Positions 1 through 9,491 are shown, counted from the first letter of the stretch. The stretch is DNA of 32,000 bases from Erysipelotrichaceae bacterium (GCA_028698185.1 JAQVDW010000001.1:177417-209416), one strand, 5' to 3'. Program-made: numbers and translations. Notes: a model not told the origin generated them from the sequence alone.

Positions 1-1059
1 TTGGGTTTCCCCGCGGGTGAACAATGCCGACCCGTGAACTCGAGGAAGAAGATCGATCTGTGAATCCAATGGACGCACTTCATCGATTTTGCGGCCATCA
101 GGACGGATTTTGTCCTCGGTGATCAAACGGCGGACTTCATCTTTTTCCAAGTCATGGATAATGATTTTAACTTGTTTTAGGACACTGGCTTTCGTTTTTT
201 CGTCCGCATATTCCATTCCTTCAAAAACAGCCAAGCTGCGTTCGACGATTTCATCGATCGCCCCATAACGTTCCAATTTACCTTCGATAGAGACAGCTTT
301 GACCATATCGGCCAGGGCCATTTCCTTGACTTGAGCCACCAGCTGTTCATCAAGTTCAAACAGAGGGATATCGATTTTCGCTTTACCGCATTCCATCACG
401 ACTTGTTCCTGGAAGGCGATCAGTTCTTTGATTTTTTCGTGACCGAAAAGCAGGGCTTCAAGCATCACTTCTTCGCTAACCTCTTTGGCATCGGCCTCAA
501 CCATGTTGATTGCGTCTTTGGTTCCGGCAACTTCAAGGTTGATCAGCGAGTTTTCAAGTTGTTCTGGCGTTCCATTGACGATGAACTCACCATCGACTAG
601 ACCTACATTGACACCGGCAATCGGTCCGTTGAAAGGAATGTCCGAAAGGCAAAGAGCCAATGAAGCTCCAAGCATCGCCGCCATTTCCGGAGTGGCATTC
701 TGGTCAACCGACAAAACGGTATTCACCGATTGGACCTCGTTTCGAAATCCATCCGGGAAAAGTGGCCGGATCGGCCGGTCGATCATTCTTGAAGTAAGGG
801 TCCCATGTTCGCTTGGTCGCCCTTCACGCTTCAAAAATCCGCCAGGGATCTTTCCTACCGAATATAATTTTTCTTCATAAATGACAGTCAAAGGGAAAAA
901 ATCAACATCCTTAGGTGTTTTTCCCGCTGTCACTGTCGATAAGATTACTGTATCATCGTAACGGACCAGAACCGATCCGTTCGCTTGTTTTGCAAGTTCC
1001 CCAACCTCAACACTGAGCTTCTTGCCATAAAAATCCATTGAATATACTTTCTTATTCAT
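1..1059 (-). CDS. pnp: Polynucleotide phosphorylase (PNPase), N-terminal 353 codons; the 3' end lies beyond the window
   Basis: The frame is open from ATG at 1059-1057 (GAGGTGG RBS upstream) to the window edge. My translation begins [43 protein letters not shown] and ends [16 protein letters not shown], typical of the first RNase PH-like domain of PNPase. It is absent from the ORF track because there is no stop in the window. Confidence 0.9.
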   Translation of the reverse strand, partial: MNKKVYSMDFYGKKLSVEVGELAKQANGSVLVRYDDTVILSTVTAGKTPKDVDFFPLTVIYEEKLYSVGKIPGGFLKREGRPSEHGTLTSRMIDRPIRPLFPDGFRNEVQSVNTVLSVDQNATPEMAAMLGASLALCLSDIPFNGPIAGVNVGLVDGEFIVNGTPEQLENSLINLEVAGTKDAINMVEADAKEVSEEVMLEALLFGHEKIKELIAFQEQVVMECGKAKIDIPLFELDEQLVAQVKEMALADMVKAVSIEGKLERYGAIDEIVERSLAVFEGMEYADEKTKASVLKQVKIIIHDLEKDEVRRLITEDKIRPDGRKIDEVRPLDSQIDLLPRVHGSALFTRGETQ

Positions 1060-1082
1060 CGTTCCACCTCATTTACCTCAAT

Positions 1083-1091
1083 ATTATACCA
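1083..1091 (-). promoter_or_regulatory. Candidate extended -10 promoter (TGgTATAAT) for pnp
   Basis: The minus strand reads TGGTATAAT about 25 nt upstream of the pnp ATG. There is no convincing -35 box. Confidence 0.35.
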
Positions 1092-1148
1092 TAATATGCA
1101 ATAATTAGAAAACATTTTTAATTTTACTTAGGAATTATTATAAAAAAA

Positions 1149-1157
1149 TGCTATAAT
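1149..1157 (+). promoter_or_regulatory. Candidate extended -10 promoter (TGcTATAAT) for the 415-aa orphan gene
   Basis: TGCTATAAT lies at 1149-1157, about 20 nt upstream of the ATG at 1177. The -35 box is weak. Confidence 0.4.
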
Positions 1158-1176
1158 ACCAACAGAGGTGAAAATT

Positions 1177-2424
1177 ATGAACGAAAATGAAATCAAAAGT
1201 ATTGAAAAATATGAAAGGAAATTCGCGGAAGATCCAGCATCTTTCAATGACTACGAAGCCAACGACTTCATCAAGTTGTTAAAATCAAGCAACAACAATG
1301 ATCGCGCTATCGAAGTTGGGCGCACTCTACTTAGCAGCGCTCCAAGTCTTAAAATGTATAAGAACCAATATGGTTACGCATTATACAATAAATTCATCAA
1401 TATTGATGATGACAAAATCGAAGCCAACGAAGAGTTGTTCTTCTCTGTTTTAAAAGACATCCTGGATGTGTGCAAACAAGAGAGATATTCTCCAGTTGAA
1501 GCGGCCGTGAACCGCGCCATAAAATATCTGACAAACAAATCAAAAGTCGACCATGACAAGGTCCTTGAGCTTTACGACCTGCTGGATGTCAACCTGATTT
1601 CCGACAAACCTTTTACTTCAGACGAAGGAAAAGAGTTCGAATCGAAAAAGGAAAGACATTATCGTCTGAAAGTGAAAGAACTTTACGATGCGAAAAGATA
1701 TGCCGACTGTGTTGAATTCGCCAACCAGGCTTTGGCAAACATCACCAAATTCCACTTCAACAACGCCCAATGGGTAAACTACTACCGCGCTTGTGCCCTT
1801 GTTGAACTTGGACAAAACGAAGAAGCCAAAAGAATCTTCCTGGAACTCAACAACCGCATCCGTGGCATCAACTTCCTGGAAATCATTGCCCGCAATGAAA
1901 AGGAATTGGGAAATACCAAGGTTGCCAACGCCTATACAATCTACGAATTCTTCCTTTCAGGATTGAAAGAAAGCCTGATGCCATTATACAACCGCGTATT
2001 GGAAATGGCCAAAGACGCCAAAGTTGAAGCTGTCATCAACGCTACAGACAAATTCCTGCAAGTGCTGGCAAAAGAAAGCCAAAAGGATTACACTCCTGTA
2101 GCCGTGGTTGAAACAGAAAAAAACGCTTCGCAATTATATGACGATTTATATAATAGTTTAATGGATAATCTCGAAAAATTCGTTGATCGTCAAGAAGGCA
2201 ACGTGCTTCATTACAATGCCGCAAACAAATACGGATCAATCTCTTATCCAAATGGCGAATCAGTGTTCTTCAGACAATCGGACTTCATCGAGGATGAACA
2301 AGTGCGTCGCCGTGACCGTGTAAGCTACACAATCATCGAAACTTATGACCACAAAAAAGACCGTCTTTCTTCACGGGCGATCCTGATTGAGACAATTGAA
2401 CCTGATTTCAACTTTGAATTTTAA
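1177..2424 (+). CDS. Hypothetical protein (415 aa): helical TPR-like body with a C-terminal cold-shock-domain-like OB fold
   Basis: The ORF track starts at GTG 1168, but ATG 1177 sits 6 nt after AGAGGTG. A TPR-like motif is present (WVNYYRACALVELGQNEEAKRIFLEL). The last ~76 aa (EGNVLHYNAANKYGSIS..SVFFRQSDF..RVSYTIIE) follow the CspA/CspB pattern G-V-W/F-N..KGFGFI..VFVHFS..VSF-I. The gene has its own promoter and terminator. Confidence 0.7.
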   Translation: MNENEIKSIEKYERKFAEDPASFNDYEANDFIKLLKSSNNNDRAIEVGRTLLSSAPSLKMYKNQYGYALYNKFINIDDDKIEANEELFFSVLKDILDVCKQERYSPVEAAVNRAIKYLTNKSKVDHDKVLELYDLLDVNLISDKPFTSDEGKEFESKKERHYRLKVKELYDAKRYADCVEFANQALANITKFHFNNAQWVNYYRACALVELGQNEEAKRIFLELNNRIRGINFLEIIARNEKELGNTKVANAYTIYEFFLSGLKESLMPLYNRVLEMAKDAKVEAVINATDKFLQVLAKESQKDYTPVAVVETEKNASQLYDDLYNSLMDNLEKFVDRQEGNVLHYNAANKYGSISYPNGESVFFRQSDFIEDEQVRRRDRVSYTIIETYDHKKDRLSSRAILIETIEPDFNFEF

Positions 2425-2433
2425 TTAGGAAAC

Positions 2434-2468
2434 AAAAAAAGAATCACTGCGCTAGTGATTCTTTTTTT
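2434..2468. terminator. Bidirectional rho-independent terminator shared by the convergent orphan gene and the DtxR-family gene
   Basis: A7, then stem GAATCACT/AGTGATTC, then T7. It overlaps the last codons of the minus-strand gene. Confidence 0.65.
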
Positions 2469-2838
2469 CGTTTCCTTCAAGATAGTTTTCTATCGCTTCA
2501 ATCGCCTGCTGGGAGATCACATGCTCGATCCGGCAGGCATCCTCATTGGCAATTTCGCTGTCGAGTCCGAAAACCTCTTCGAACATCCGGGCCAGGACAT
2601 GATGCTTGTTGCAGATCTGCTTGGCTGTTTTCTCACCCAGGGGTGTCAGGGTGATGTCGCCATAGCGTTCGTAGTTGAGATATCCATTTTCTTTAAGGAC
2701 ATTCAACGCATTGTTGACGCTTGGCTTGGAGACATTGAGCTGTTCGGCAAGGAGCGACACCCGTATCTTCTGCTTTTTTAGATTTGTTTCGTAGATCAAT
2801 TCCAGGTAATTCTGCATCGCGATCGACATTTCCAACAT
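2452..2838 (-). CDS. DtxR/MntR-family metal-dependent transcriptional repressor (128 aa)
   Basis: N-terminal wHTH (YLELIYE..VSLLAEQLNVSKPSVNNALNVLKENGYL) and a dimerisation/metal region (HHVLARMF..ACRIEHVIS). GGAGG lies 7 nt before ATG 2838. Confidence 0.85.
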   Translation of the reverse strand: MLEMSIAMQNYLELIYETNLKKQKIRVSLLAEQLNVSKPSVNNALNVLKENGYLNYERYGDITLTPLGEKTAKQICNKHHVLARMFEEVFGLDSEIANEDACRIEHVISQQAIEAIENYLEGNEKKNH

Positions 2839-2875
2839 AATAAACCTCCCCGATTGAACAATTCCGACTTCAAAT

Positions 2876-2897
2876 AAAAAAAGGGTTACCCCTTTTT
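2876..2897 (-). terminator. Weak candidate terminator after greA
   Basis: The minus strand reads AAAAAGGG-GTAA-CCCTTTTTTT. The stem has only three G-C pairs. Confidence 0.3.
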
Positions 2898-3375
2898 AAT
2901 GTACAAAATCCACTTTGATGATATCGATTTCGTAAGGGTTCGCAACCCCGACAGTGATGCGTTCCCCTTCACCGCGGCCAAATAGAGCCTTGGCAAGTGG
3001 CGATTCGTTTGAAATCTTCCCGTTGAATGGGTCCGTTTCAAATGAACCGACTATTTTATAAGTGTAAGTCTGATCATCTGACAAATCCCTGAAAGTTACT
3101 GTCGCTCCCGGACCGGCAATATGCGAATCCAGATTATCTTCGACAATGACTTCAGCGTTTTGAATCAAACGTTCGATTTCCTTGATGCGGCCCTCAACTT
3201 CGGCTTGACGGTTTCTTGCCGCGTCATAATCGGCATTTTCCGACAAATCGCCTTGAGACCGAGCCAATGACAATTCTTCAATGACTTTCGGACGTTCGAA
3301 ATTGATCAGGTTTTCCCGTTCTTTTTTCAGGTTGTCTAATCCATCTTGGGTAAGAAGCACTTTATCTTTTTCCAT
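2896..3375 (-). CDS. greA: Transcription elongation factor GreA (159 aa)
   Basis: MEKDKVLLTQDGLDNLKKE..ARSQGDLSENADYDAARNRQAEVEGRI is a GreA coiled-coil signature. I prefer ATG 3375 (GAGGTGAAAAC upstream) over the track start at 3411. Confidence 0.9.
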   Translation of the reverse strand: MEKDKVLLTQDGLDNLKKERENLINFERPKVIEELSLARSQGDLSENADYDAARNRQAEVEGRIKEIERLIQNAEVIVEDNLDSHIAGPGATVTFRDLSDDQTYTYKIVGSFETDPFNGKISNESPLAKALFGRGEGERITVGVANPYEIDIIKVDFVH

Positions 3376-3394
3376 GTTTTCACCTCGTTGTCTA

Positions 3395-3423
3395 AATATA
3401 TCACATATCAAATAAAATCACAA
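3395..3423 (-). promoter_or_regulatory. Candidate sigmaA promoter for greA
   Basis: The minus strand reads TTGTGA, a 17-nt spacer, then TATATT, about 20 nt upstream of the greA ATG. Confidence 0.4.
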
Positions 3424-3426
3424 TAA

Positions 3427-4680
3427 CTATTTGCGCAATTTTCGGGCCATATCATGGACGTCCAGTGGGAAATCGACCTTTATTTGCAGCAGTTCCATCG
3501 GGTGGTTGGCTACACCAACCGATTCATCCGCACTGTTTTTTATCTGAGTTATCGTCATCTTCCGGTTCTCGTGTTTGGGTGAGAAGAACTCGACCTCATC
3601 CCCGACCTTGAAGTAATTGCGCTGTTCCACTGTGGCCATCATCGCATCATGGTCGAATGCCACGACCCGCATGCAGAAATCCTGGGTCGGATGTTCGTCC
3701 CGGAGATTGAACAGCTGGTCATTCTCGTCGACACTGCCATCAAAGAAACCTTCGCAAGTGGCCCGGTTGGCCGCCTTGAAGAGCTCGTCCTTGTAAAAAT
3801 CGCTCATCACAAAATTGTCAGGATCTTCACAGTAGGCATCGATGAGTTTGCGGTAAGTCGAAACGACCGTCGCGATATAATGGATCGATTTCATCCGGCC
3901 CTCGATCTTGAACGAGTCAACTCCGATTTCGATGAGTTTGTCGATCTGGTTGATCAGGCACATGTCCTTCGAGGACATCGAGAACGGTGGCATCGTTTCA
4001 TCATTTAGCTTGTTGCCGTTTTCAAACAGGTCGTAATACCAGCGGCATGACTGCGAACAGCCCCCGCGGTTGGCATCACGGGCTGAAAAATAATTCGAAA
4101 GCATGCATCGCCCCGAATAGTTGATGCACATCGCCCCGTGGATGAAATACTCGATATCGACCGGGCTTTGTTCCATGATGCTTCTTAGGTTCTCATATGA
4201 AGTCTCGCGGCCAAGAACGACCCGGTCAACGCCTAGGTCATGGTAAAATTCAACCGCCTTCGAGTTAAGGGTCGAAGTCTGGGTCGAAACATGGATCTCG
4301 AAAGCAGGATTGAGCGATTTGGCGATCATCATGATATTGATGTCGGCCACGATGATGGCATCGACTCCGGCCTTGTCAAGGGCCATCAGGTATTCCTTTA
4401 TGCCTTCAAGGTTTTCATTGTGGAGCACGATATTGCAGGTGACATGGACCTTGCAGCCATGGCTGTGGGCGAATTTCACCGCCTCCTCGATCTCGCTGAT
4501 CGGGAAGTTCGACGCCAGGGAACGAAGGGAGAATTCCTTGCCCCCGATAAAAACCGCATCGGCACCGTACAGAACCGCCACCTTTAGCTTTTCAAGGTTT
4601 CCCGCCGGCGCGAGCAGTTCCGGTTTCTTGACAATGACCCGCTTGCCGTCGATGATCTTACTGATTGGCTTTTTCATCAT
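3427..4680 (-). CDS. Peptidase U32 family protein, YrrO-like (probable tRNA 5-hydroxyuridine synthesis, TrhP-type)
   Basis: 417 aa. It begins PELLAPAGNLEKLKVAVLYGADAVFIGG, carries the U32 core and has a Cys-rich segment (CINYSGRCMLS..GGCSQSCRW). Its position after yrrM/yrrN-like genes matches B. subtilis. The start could be 4680 or 4677 (AAGGAGG upstream). Confidence 0.85.
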   Translation of the reverse strand: MMKKPISKIIDGKRVIVKKPELLAPAGNLEKLKVAVLYGADAVFIGGKEFSLRSLASNFPISEIEEAVKFAHSHGCKVHVTCNIVLHNENLEGIKEYLMALDKAGVDAIIVADINIMMIAKSLNPAFEIHVSTQTSTLNSKAVEFYHDLGVDRVVLGRETSYENLRSIMEQSPVDIEYFIHGAMCINYSGRCMLSNYFSARDANRGGCSQSCRWYYDLFENGNKLNDETMPPFSMSSKDMCLINQIDKLIEIGVDSFKIEGRMKSIHYIATVVSTYRKLIDAYCEDPDNFVMSDFYKDELFKAANRATCEGFFDGSVDENDQLFNLRDEHPTQDFCMRVVAFDHDAMMATVEQRNYFKVGDEVEFFSPKHENRKMTITQIKNSADESVGVANHPMELLQIKVDFPLDVHDMARKLRK

Positions 4681-5563
4681 CGATCCTCCTTACATCATCA
4701 ATCCGATAAACCGTCTTTTCATATGTGAAACTCTTGTAATAGGAAATGGACCGGTCTAGTTCCTTAAGCTCTTCTAGGTAATCCCCGGAATCCCGCATGG
4801 CTTTAATGTACAATTTGACAACCTCGCAATAAAGCGCATCATCGAGAAACTGGTTGTCGATGATTCCATAATCGAACATTTTGTATTCATCGAGATTGTC
4901 GATGCTTGAAAGCACATTCTCACTCAATATATGGGTGCCATATTCATCCTCGTATATATGGCTTGGCGCATCGATATTGTTGGCCTTGATGGTCAGTCCG
5001 CCAGCGACACCGACCGGAACCTGTTTGTCGATCACCTTGAGATAATTGGACACAAGATGGCGCTTGGAATACGCCATATATTCGCAGCCATGGATCTGGA
5101 CAAAACAGGCGAGTGCTGTATTGGCCTTGATTTCCTGTTTGTGCGCCAGGGAGATCTCCCGGGCCAGAAAAGCTCCCCCGATTCCCAGGCCATGGTAGAT
5201 ATTAAGACTGGCGTAGTTGGTGTTGAGAGTATCGGGATGATACACCAGTTCCACATTCCAGTCCATTTCCCTGGTCAGCTGATAAACGGCAAAATCCTGG
5301 AAAATGACGCCGTCGATATCCATTACCCGAAGCTTTTCAAGATGGTCCTGGAGCTTTTCAAGCAGGTGCTGCTCGATCAGGGCATTGACATAGACATATA
5401 TTTTCTTGTCTTTTTTAATTTCATTGAGACGCTCAATCTGTTCATAAGTGAAGTTTGGCTGGGTCCGCAACGAAAAGACCGGTGCCCCCACCAGCCAGAT
5501 TCCTATTTCCGGAGCAAAAATCACCGGATCGAAACTATTTACGGGAGTAATCGCAAATTTCAT
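4658..5563 (-). CDS. Peptidase U32 family protein, YrrN-like (partner of the YrrO-like protein)
   Basis: 301 aa. GGAGGAAATAA precedes ATG 5563. It overlaps the next U32 gene by 23 nt. Size and order match B. subtilis yrrN. Confidence 0.8.
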   Translation of the reverse strand: MKFAITPVNSFDPVIFAPEIGIWLVGAPVFSLRTQPNFTYEQIERLNEIKKDKKIYVYVNALIEQHLLEKLQDHLEKLRVMDIDGVIFQDFAVYQLTREMDWNVELVYHPDTLNTNYASLNIYHGLGIGGAFLAREISLAHKQEIKANTALACFVQIHGCEYMAYSKRHLVSNYLKVIDKQVPVGVAGGLTIKANNIDAPSHIYEDEYGTHILSENVLSSIDNLDEYKMFDYGIIDNQFLDDALYCEVVKLYIKAMRDSGDYLEELKELDRSISYYKSFTYEKTVYRIDDVRRIDDEKANQ

Positions 5564-6160
5564 TTATTTCCTCCTTATCACACAAATGCCATCACCGATA
5601 TGATGGTATTCGACATCATACTGCTCATGGTTCAAGATCCAATCCTTGAACCGTTTTATCTTTTTGACCAACTGGCGGGTATTGCGGTTCTTGATTTCAT
5701 CGATCGCAAAAACCATGCCATGGAAATCGAGATTGTCGACCACGCAGATCCCGCCCGGGGCGACGACCGCCATGTATTTTTCAAAAAATTTCTGGTATTG
5801 GGCTTTGGCCGCATCAATGAAAAGGCAGTCGAAGTCCCCCATTTCCAATTCTTCCAAAGGGAAATCCAGGGCATCATGGTGATGGATCACGACCCGGTCC
5901 TTTAGGTCCAGGGCGGATATGTTGGCGCAAGCCTCGTCGTAGCGCTCCTGGTCGATTTCGATCGTCTCAACCTTGGCTTTGGTGTTCAGGGCGATCATCG
6001 CCGCCGAATAACCCACCGCGCTTCCGATTTCCAATACGTGTTTGCCCTGGTGCTCGTTGATCGTGTTGATCAAGAATTCCAATCCCTCTTTTTGCATGAT
6101 TGGCACATTGTCTTCCAGGGCCTTTTTTTCTATTTCTTCAAGATAAATCATTAGTACCAC
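5564..6160 (-). CDS. trmR: SAM-dependent O-methyltransferase, YrrM/TrmR-like (tRNA ho5U to mo5U methyltransferase)
   Basis: Class I methyltransferase motifs (VLEIGSAVGYSA, FDCLFIDAAK). It sits between mltG and the U32 pair, as in B. subtilis. The track start 6160 is GTG with GGAG 5 nt upstream. The alternative ATG at 6151 overlaps the mltG stop (TAATG). Confidence 0.8.
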   Translation of the reverse strand: MVLMIYLEEIEKKALEDNVPIMQKEGLEFLINTINEHQGKHVLEIGSAVGYSAAMIALNTKAKVETIEIDQERYDEACANISALDLKDRVVIHHHDALDFPLEELEMGDFDCLFIDAAKAQYQKFFEKYMAVVAPGGICVVDNLDFHGMVFAIDEIKNRNTRQLVKKIKRFKDWILNHEQYDVEYHHIGDGICVIRRK

Positions 6161-7197
6161 TTATTCTCCTGTACGACTTTCAAATGTTCCTGATATGTTT
6201 TCGAATATATTATGCTGCCATCTTCCAAGGCAAAGAAATAAAAGTAATCATTCGGGGTGTAGTTTAGCACCGAATTGTATATTTCCCTGTCGATGGTCGC
6301 AATGGGACCGATCGGCAGTCCGGCATAAAGATATGTGTTGTATTTCGAATCGGTCGCCAGATCGGCATGGGTCACCGCGACCTTGATTTCGTCATTGGCG
6401 TAATTGACGGTCACATCCGATTGAAGCGGCATATTCGCCTCGAGCCGGTTGACAAAAACCCCCGCGATCACCAGGGCATCATCGCTGTTGAGACTTTCCG
6501 CCTGGACGATCGAGCTTAGGGTCATGAACTCATGGACGGTAAGTGTTTTGCCATCAACCTGGAAAGTCGAAATCGCATCTTGCAACGGGCTCAAAACGGC
6601 ATCGGTCTGCTCAAGCATCGCAGCAGCGAGCTGGGCCAAAGCATCGTCGCCCGCCTGGACAAAATAGGTTTCCGGAGCCAGGTATCCTTCCAAAGGGTAC
6701 TTGATTTCCGGTTGCAGAACATCCGATGTGAGCCACCAGTACGTGTCGATCCAGCCTTTCAGGTTGTTTTCGTCATTTATATATTCACCAAAGCGCTCCC
6801 CGTCGAGGTCGAGACCGTTCAGCGTGGCGACGATGTCGCTGATCCTTTGCCCGTCAAGGACGGTGACCTTAGCCATTATGACATAATCATGGTCCCCGGT
6901 GGAAATTATCCGCATTATTTTTTTTAGGTCCATAGACATGTCAAGCTCGTAAGTGTTGGCCTGCACCGAAGTTATGCCGTTAAGGCGGCAGTAGATCTTG
7001 GCTGCTGTCTCATTGGCGATCAGCCCCTGCTCATGGAGTTGTCCGATTGTCCGGTTCAGGCTTGTCCCGTTTTCAACACTAAAGGCCACCTTCGCTTCAA
7101 CCTGGGACATCGCACCAAGATTCGCCTGGTAGAAGATCATGCCCCCGGCCCCCATCAGGGCCACTGCTATCAAAACCGTTATTATAATTTTTTTCAT
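6151..7197 (-). CDS. mltG: Endolytic murein transglycosylase MltG (YceG-like), 348 aa
   Basis: N-terminal membrane anchor (MKKIIITVLIAVALMGAGG) and a YceG-like C-terminus (LEGYLAPETY, ASIVQAE, VFVNRL, LQSD, YNTY). ATG 7197 follows AGAGGAG. The track extension to 7239 is not supported. Confidence 0.85.
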   Translation of the reverse strand: MKKIIITVLIAVALMGAGGMIFYQANLGAMSQVEAKVAFSVENGTSLNRTIGQLHEQGLIANETAAKIYCRLNGITSVQANTYELDMSMDLKKIMRIISTGDHDYVIMAKVTVLDGQRISDIVATLNGLDLDGERFGEYINDENNLKGWIDTYWWLTSDVLQPEIKYPLEGYLAPETYFVQAGDDALAQLAAAMLEQTDAVLSPLQDAISTFQVDGKTLTVHEFMTLSSIVQAESLNSDDALVIAGVFVNRLEANMPLQSDVTVNYANDEIKVAVTHADLATDSKYNTYLYAGLPIGPIATIDREIYNSVLNYTPNDYFYFFALEDGSIIYSKTYQEHLKVVQENKWY

Positions 7198-7246
7198 AAA
7201 GTCTCCTCTAACGTCACGATTATAACATAAACGCCACAAAAAGGTT

Positions 7247-7279
7247 TCAAAAAAAACTAAATTTTTTCAAATTTAGTTT
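7247..7279 (-). terminator. Candidate AT-rich terminator after the lactonase gene
   Basis: The minus strand reads AAACTAAATTT-GAAA-AAATTTAGTTT followed by T-rich sequence. The stem is entirely A/T. Confidence 0.4.
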
Positions 7280-7286
7280 CCGATCA

Positions 7287-8396
7287 TTACAGTTTGGATT
7301 CGAATTTTGTCAGGCAGACCGGTTCATGAACCAGATAGCCATGGTTGAGGTCCATCAAGTGGATCCGTTTTTCATCGACCAGGCGATATGACTCAAGCGA
7401 AGATCCGTCACCACATGCAACGACAACCAATGCGTTTTCATAAACAAGCATGTCGACCGGGTTTTTTGAAGTGTCGCAGAAATCGCCATATGTCAGGGTA
7501 TGGTCGTCATTTACCTTGAAGATCACGATCGAGTCGTCCCCGCTGTTGAGCGCATAGGCAAAATCCCCATTGGTCGAAAGCTCAAAGTCGGTCGCCAGGT
7601 TGCTTTGGTCCGGGTCTTCTTTCTTGTATGAATCGATTGTCTGGATCAGGGTGAACTTGTAGCCATCGACCTGGTAGACATCGATGGTCGAAGCAAGCTG
7701 ATTGAGGATGTAGGCGAATTTGCCCGCGGCATCAAAGATCAGTTTGCAAGGACCGTTGCCCGCCTTGACCTTGAACGAGTGGGTTTCGTCCTTGGTGAAA
7801 TAACCTTCCTGATCGTAGTCGAGGAACACCACTTCGTCAAGACCCAAGTCGACATAGACGATCTTGTTGGCATCATTGTAACTGTGGATGAACGTTGGAT
7901 GGGACTGGGTCTGGTATTTTTCATCAAGCGAGGAACCTTCCTGGATGAAATGTCCCTTGATCTTGACCAGTTTCTTTTTGATGATCCTGATCGATACCAC
8001 ATCGCCATTGTGGTAGTCGGCACAGAAGACAAAAGTCGCGTTCGTGTCGTCACCGTTGGCACAGCCATGGACATATGTCTTCCCTTCATCACTGGCGCGG
8101 GAAACCAGCGCCAACAGGTCCGCCGTGGCCGAATATGAATTTATCCCGCCTTGGCCTTCGATGGCTTGGGGATTGCGGTAGGTTATGCAGACAAAACGAC
8201 CGTAGTTGAACGAATAGATCGGATCAACCGGTGTCGAGAAAAGGTTCCGGGGCAGTATTTCCCCACTGTCGAGATCGACATGAAATGTATGAATCCCCCG
8301 GGTTTGTTTGTTGCCATGCAAGTTGGCAAAAAAAGCGGCCGTCCGGCGTCTTTTAATCAGTTTTTCGGCTCCCATAAATGCGTCAAAAAATCTCAT
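7287..8396 (-). CDS. 7-bladed beta-propeller lactonase family protein (YkgB/6-phosphogluconolactonase-like), 369 aa
   Basis: Several segments track B. subtilis YkgB as I recall it. Examples are ADYHNGDV, VDLGLDEV, AGNGPCKLIF, NSGDDSIVIFKVN and the C-terminal PVCLTKF. Confidence 0.75.
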   Translation of the reverse strand: MRFFDAFMGAEKLIKRRRTAAFFANLHGNKQTRGIHTFHVDLDSGEILPRNLFSTPVDPIYSFNYGRFVCITYRNPQAIEGQGGINSYSATADLLALVSRASDEGKTYVHGCANGDDTNATFVFCADYHNGDVVSIRIIKKKLVKIKGHFIQEGSSLDEKYQTQSHPTFIHSYNDANKIVYVDLGLDEVVFLDYDQEGYFTKDETHSFKVKAGNGPCKLIFDAAGKFAYILNQLASTIDVYQVDGYKFTLIQTIDSYKKEDPDQSNLATDFELSTNGDFAYALNSGDDSIVIFKVNDDHTLTYGDFCDTSKNPVDMLVYENALVVVACGDGSSLESYRLVDEKRIHLMDLNHGYLVHEPVCLTKFESKL

Positions 8397-8485
8397 TTGT
8401 CAAATCACTCCTTTATTTGCTTTCTCAATTATACCATACTTTTCAAATATAACTATCATTTTTACTTGCCCGGAGCGGATTTTCT

Positions 8486-8519
8486 AAATTTAAAAAAGGC
8501 GACGGTTCGCACCGTCACC
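8486..8519 (-). terminator. Rho-independent terminator ending the alaS-ireB-ruvX-DUF1292 transcription unit
   Basis: The minus-strand stem GGUGACGG/CCGUCGCC (one G-U pair) is followed by UUUUUUAAAUUU. Confidence 0.6.
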
Positions 8520-8525
8520 TGCATG

Positions 8526-8783
8526 TTACTCTTCTTCGGCCATGTAGGCGTTGAATACTTCCTCGATGAAATCCCATTCTTCCTGGGTTTCAACGTCTTC
8601 AAGCGTTCCGTCTTCGTGGAAGACGCTGGTGAAAACTTCGCCTTCTTCTCCTTCAGGATCGAAATAAAGAACATAATTTTTATCGCTGTTATCGTCTTTT
8701 ACCGTGAAAAGAACTTCGAAATCCTTAGAATTCCCGTCAGCGTCTTCAATTGTGATGATTCCTTCATCCAACATATTATCCAT
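8526..8783 (-). CDS. DUF1292 family protein (YrzB-like), 85 aa
   Basis: A small acidic protein with ITIEDADGNSKDFEVLF..YVLY and a C-terminal EEWDFIEEVFNAYM. Same position as yrzB after ruvX. Confidence 0.85.
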   Translation of the reverse strand: MDNMLDEGIITIEDADGNSKDFEVLFTVKDDNSDKNYVLYFDPEGEEGEVFTSVFHEDGTLEDVETQEEWDFIEEVFNAYMAEEE

Positions 8784-8788
8784 AACTA

Positions 8789-9211
8789 TTACCTTAGCGA
8801 GTCAAGATATCCTTGCAATATCGCGACCGCCGCCATCTTGTCGATGACTTCCTTTCTTTTTTTTCTTGAAACATCGGCGAAAATCAAAGTGTCCTGGGCA
8901 ATCTTGGTCGTCAGCCGCTCGTCTTTGAGAATCACCTTGATCCCCGGAATCGCCTCTTCAAGCATCACTTTGAAATCCCGGGAAATCTGGCAGCGGATTC
9001 CCTCGTCATTATTCATATGCTTAGGATAGCCCAGCACGATTTCTTCAATTCCGTTTTCCTTCACCAGTTCCATGACCCGTTCGAGTGGTTTCTGGTAGTC
9101 GCCGTCTTTGAAACGGTACGTCTCCACCCCATGGGCCAGCATCCCAAGACTGTCGGACATCGCAATGCCGCAAGTTCTGGAACCCAAATCCAAACCTAAA
9201 ATTTTTTTCAT
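8789..9211 (-). CDS. ruvX: Putative pre-16S rRNA nuclease / Holliday junction resolvase-like RuvX (YqgF), 140 aa
   Basis: MKKILGLDLGSRTCGIAMSD, then LVKENGIEEIVLGYPKHMNNDEG, then DERLTT..A. GGAGAAATAA precedes the ATG. Confidence 0.9.
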   Translation of the reverse strand: MKKILGLDLGSRTCGIAMSDSLGMLAHGVETYRFKDGDYQKPLERVMELVKENGIEEIVLGYPKHMNNDEGIRCQISRDFKVMLEEAIPGIKVILKDERLTTKIAQDTLIFADVSRKKRKEVIDKMAAVAILQGYLDSLR

Positions 9212-9463
9212 TTATTTCTCCAAATATGCTTTGACCAGTTCCTCGATTATCTCGTCGCGATCGATCTGTTGGATCAGATTGCGCGCGTTGCGATAACTTG
9301 AGATATAGGCGGGATCATTTGAAATCAGATAACCTGTGATCTGGTGGACCGCGTTATAGCCCCGTTCATTCAATGCTCCGATTACTGTTTCCAATGAATT
9401 GCGAATCATTTCTCGCCGCATATCCTCAGACGAGAATACTTTAGTTTTTCCGATATCTTTCAT
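9212..9463 (-). CDS. ireB: IreB family regulatory phosphoprotein (UPF0297/YrzL), 83 aa
   Basis: RGYNAVHQITGYLISNDPAYISSYRNARNLI is the family signature. It lies directly between alaS and ruvX. Confidence 0.85.
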   Translation of the reverse strand: MKDIGKTKVFSSEDMRREMIRNSLETVIGALNERGYNAVHQITGYLISNDPAYISSYRNARNLIQQIDRDEIIEELVKAYLEK

Positions 9464-9491
9464 CGTTGGCGCCCTCCCTAATTCTAAGTGA

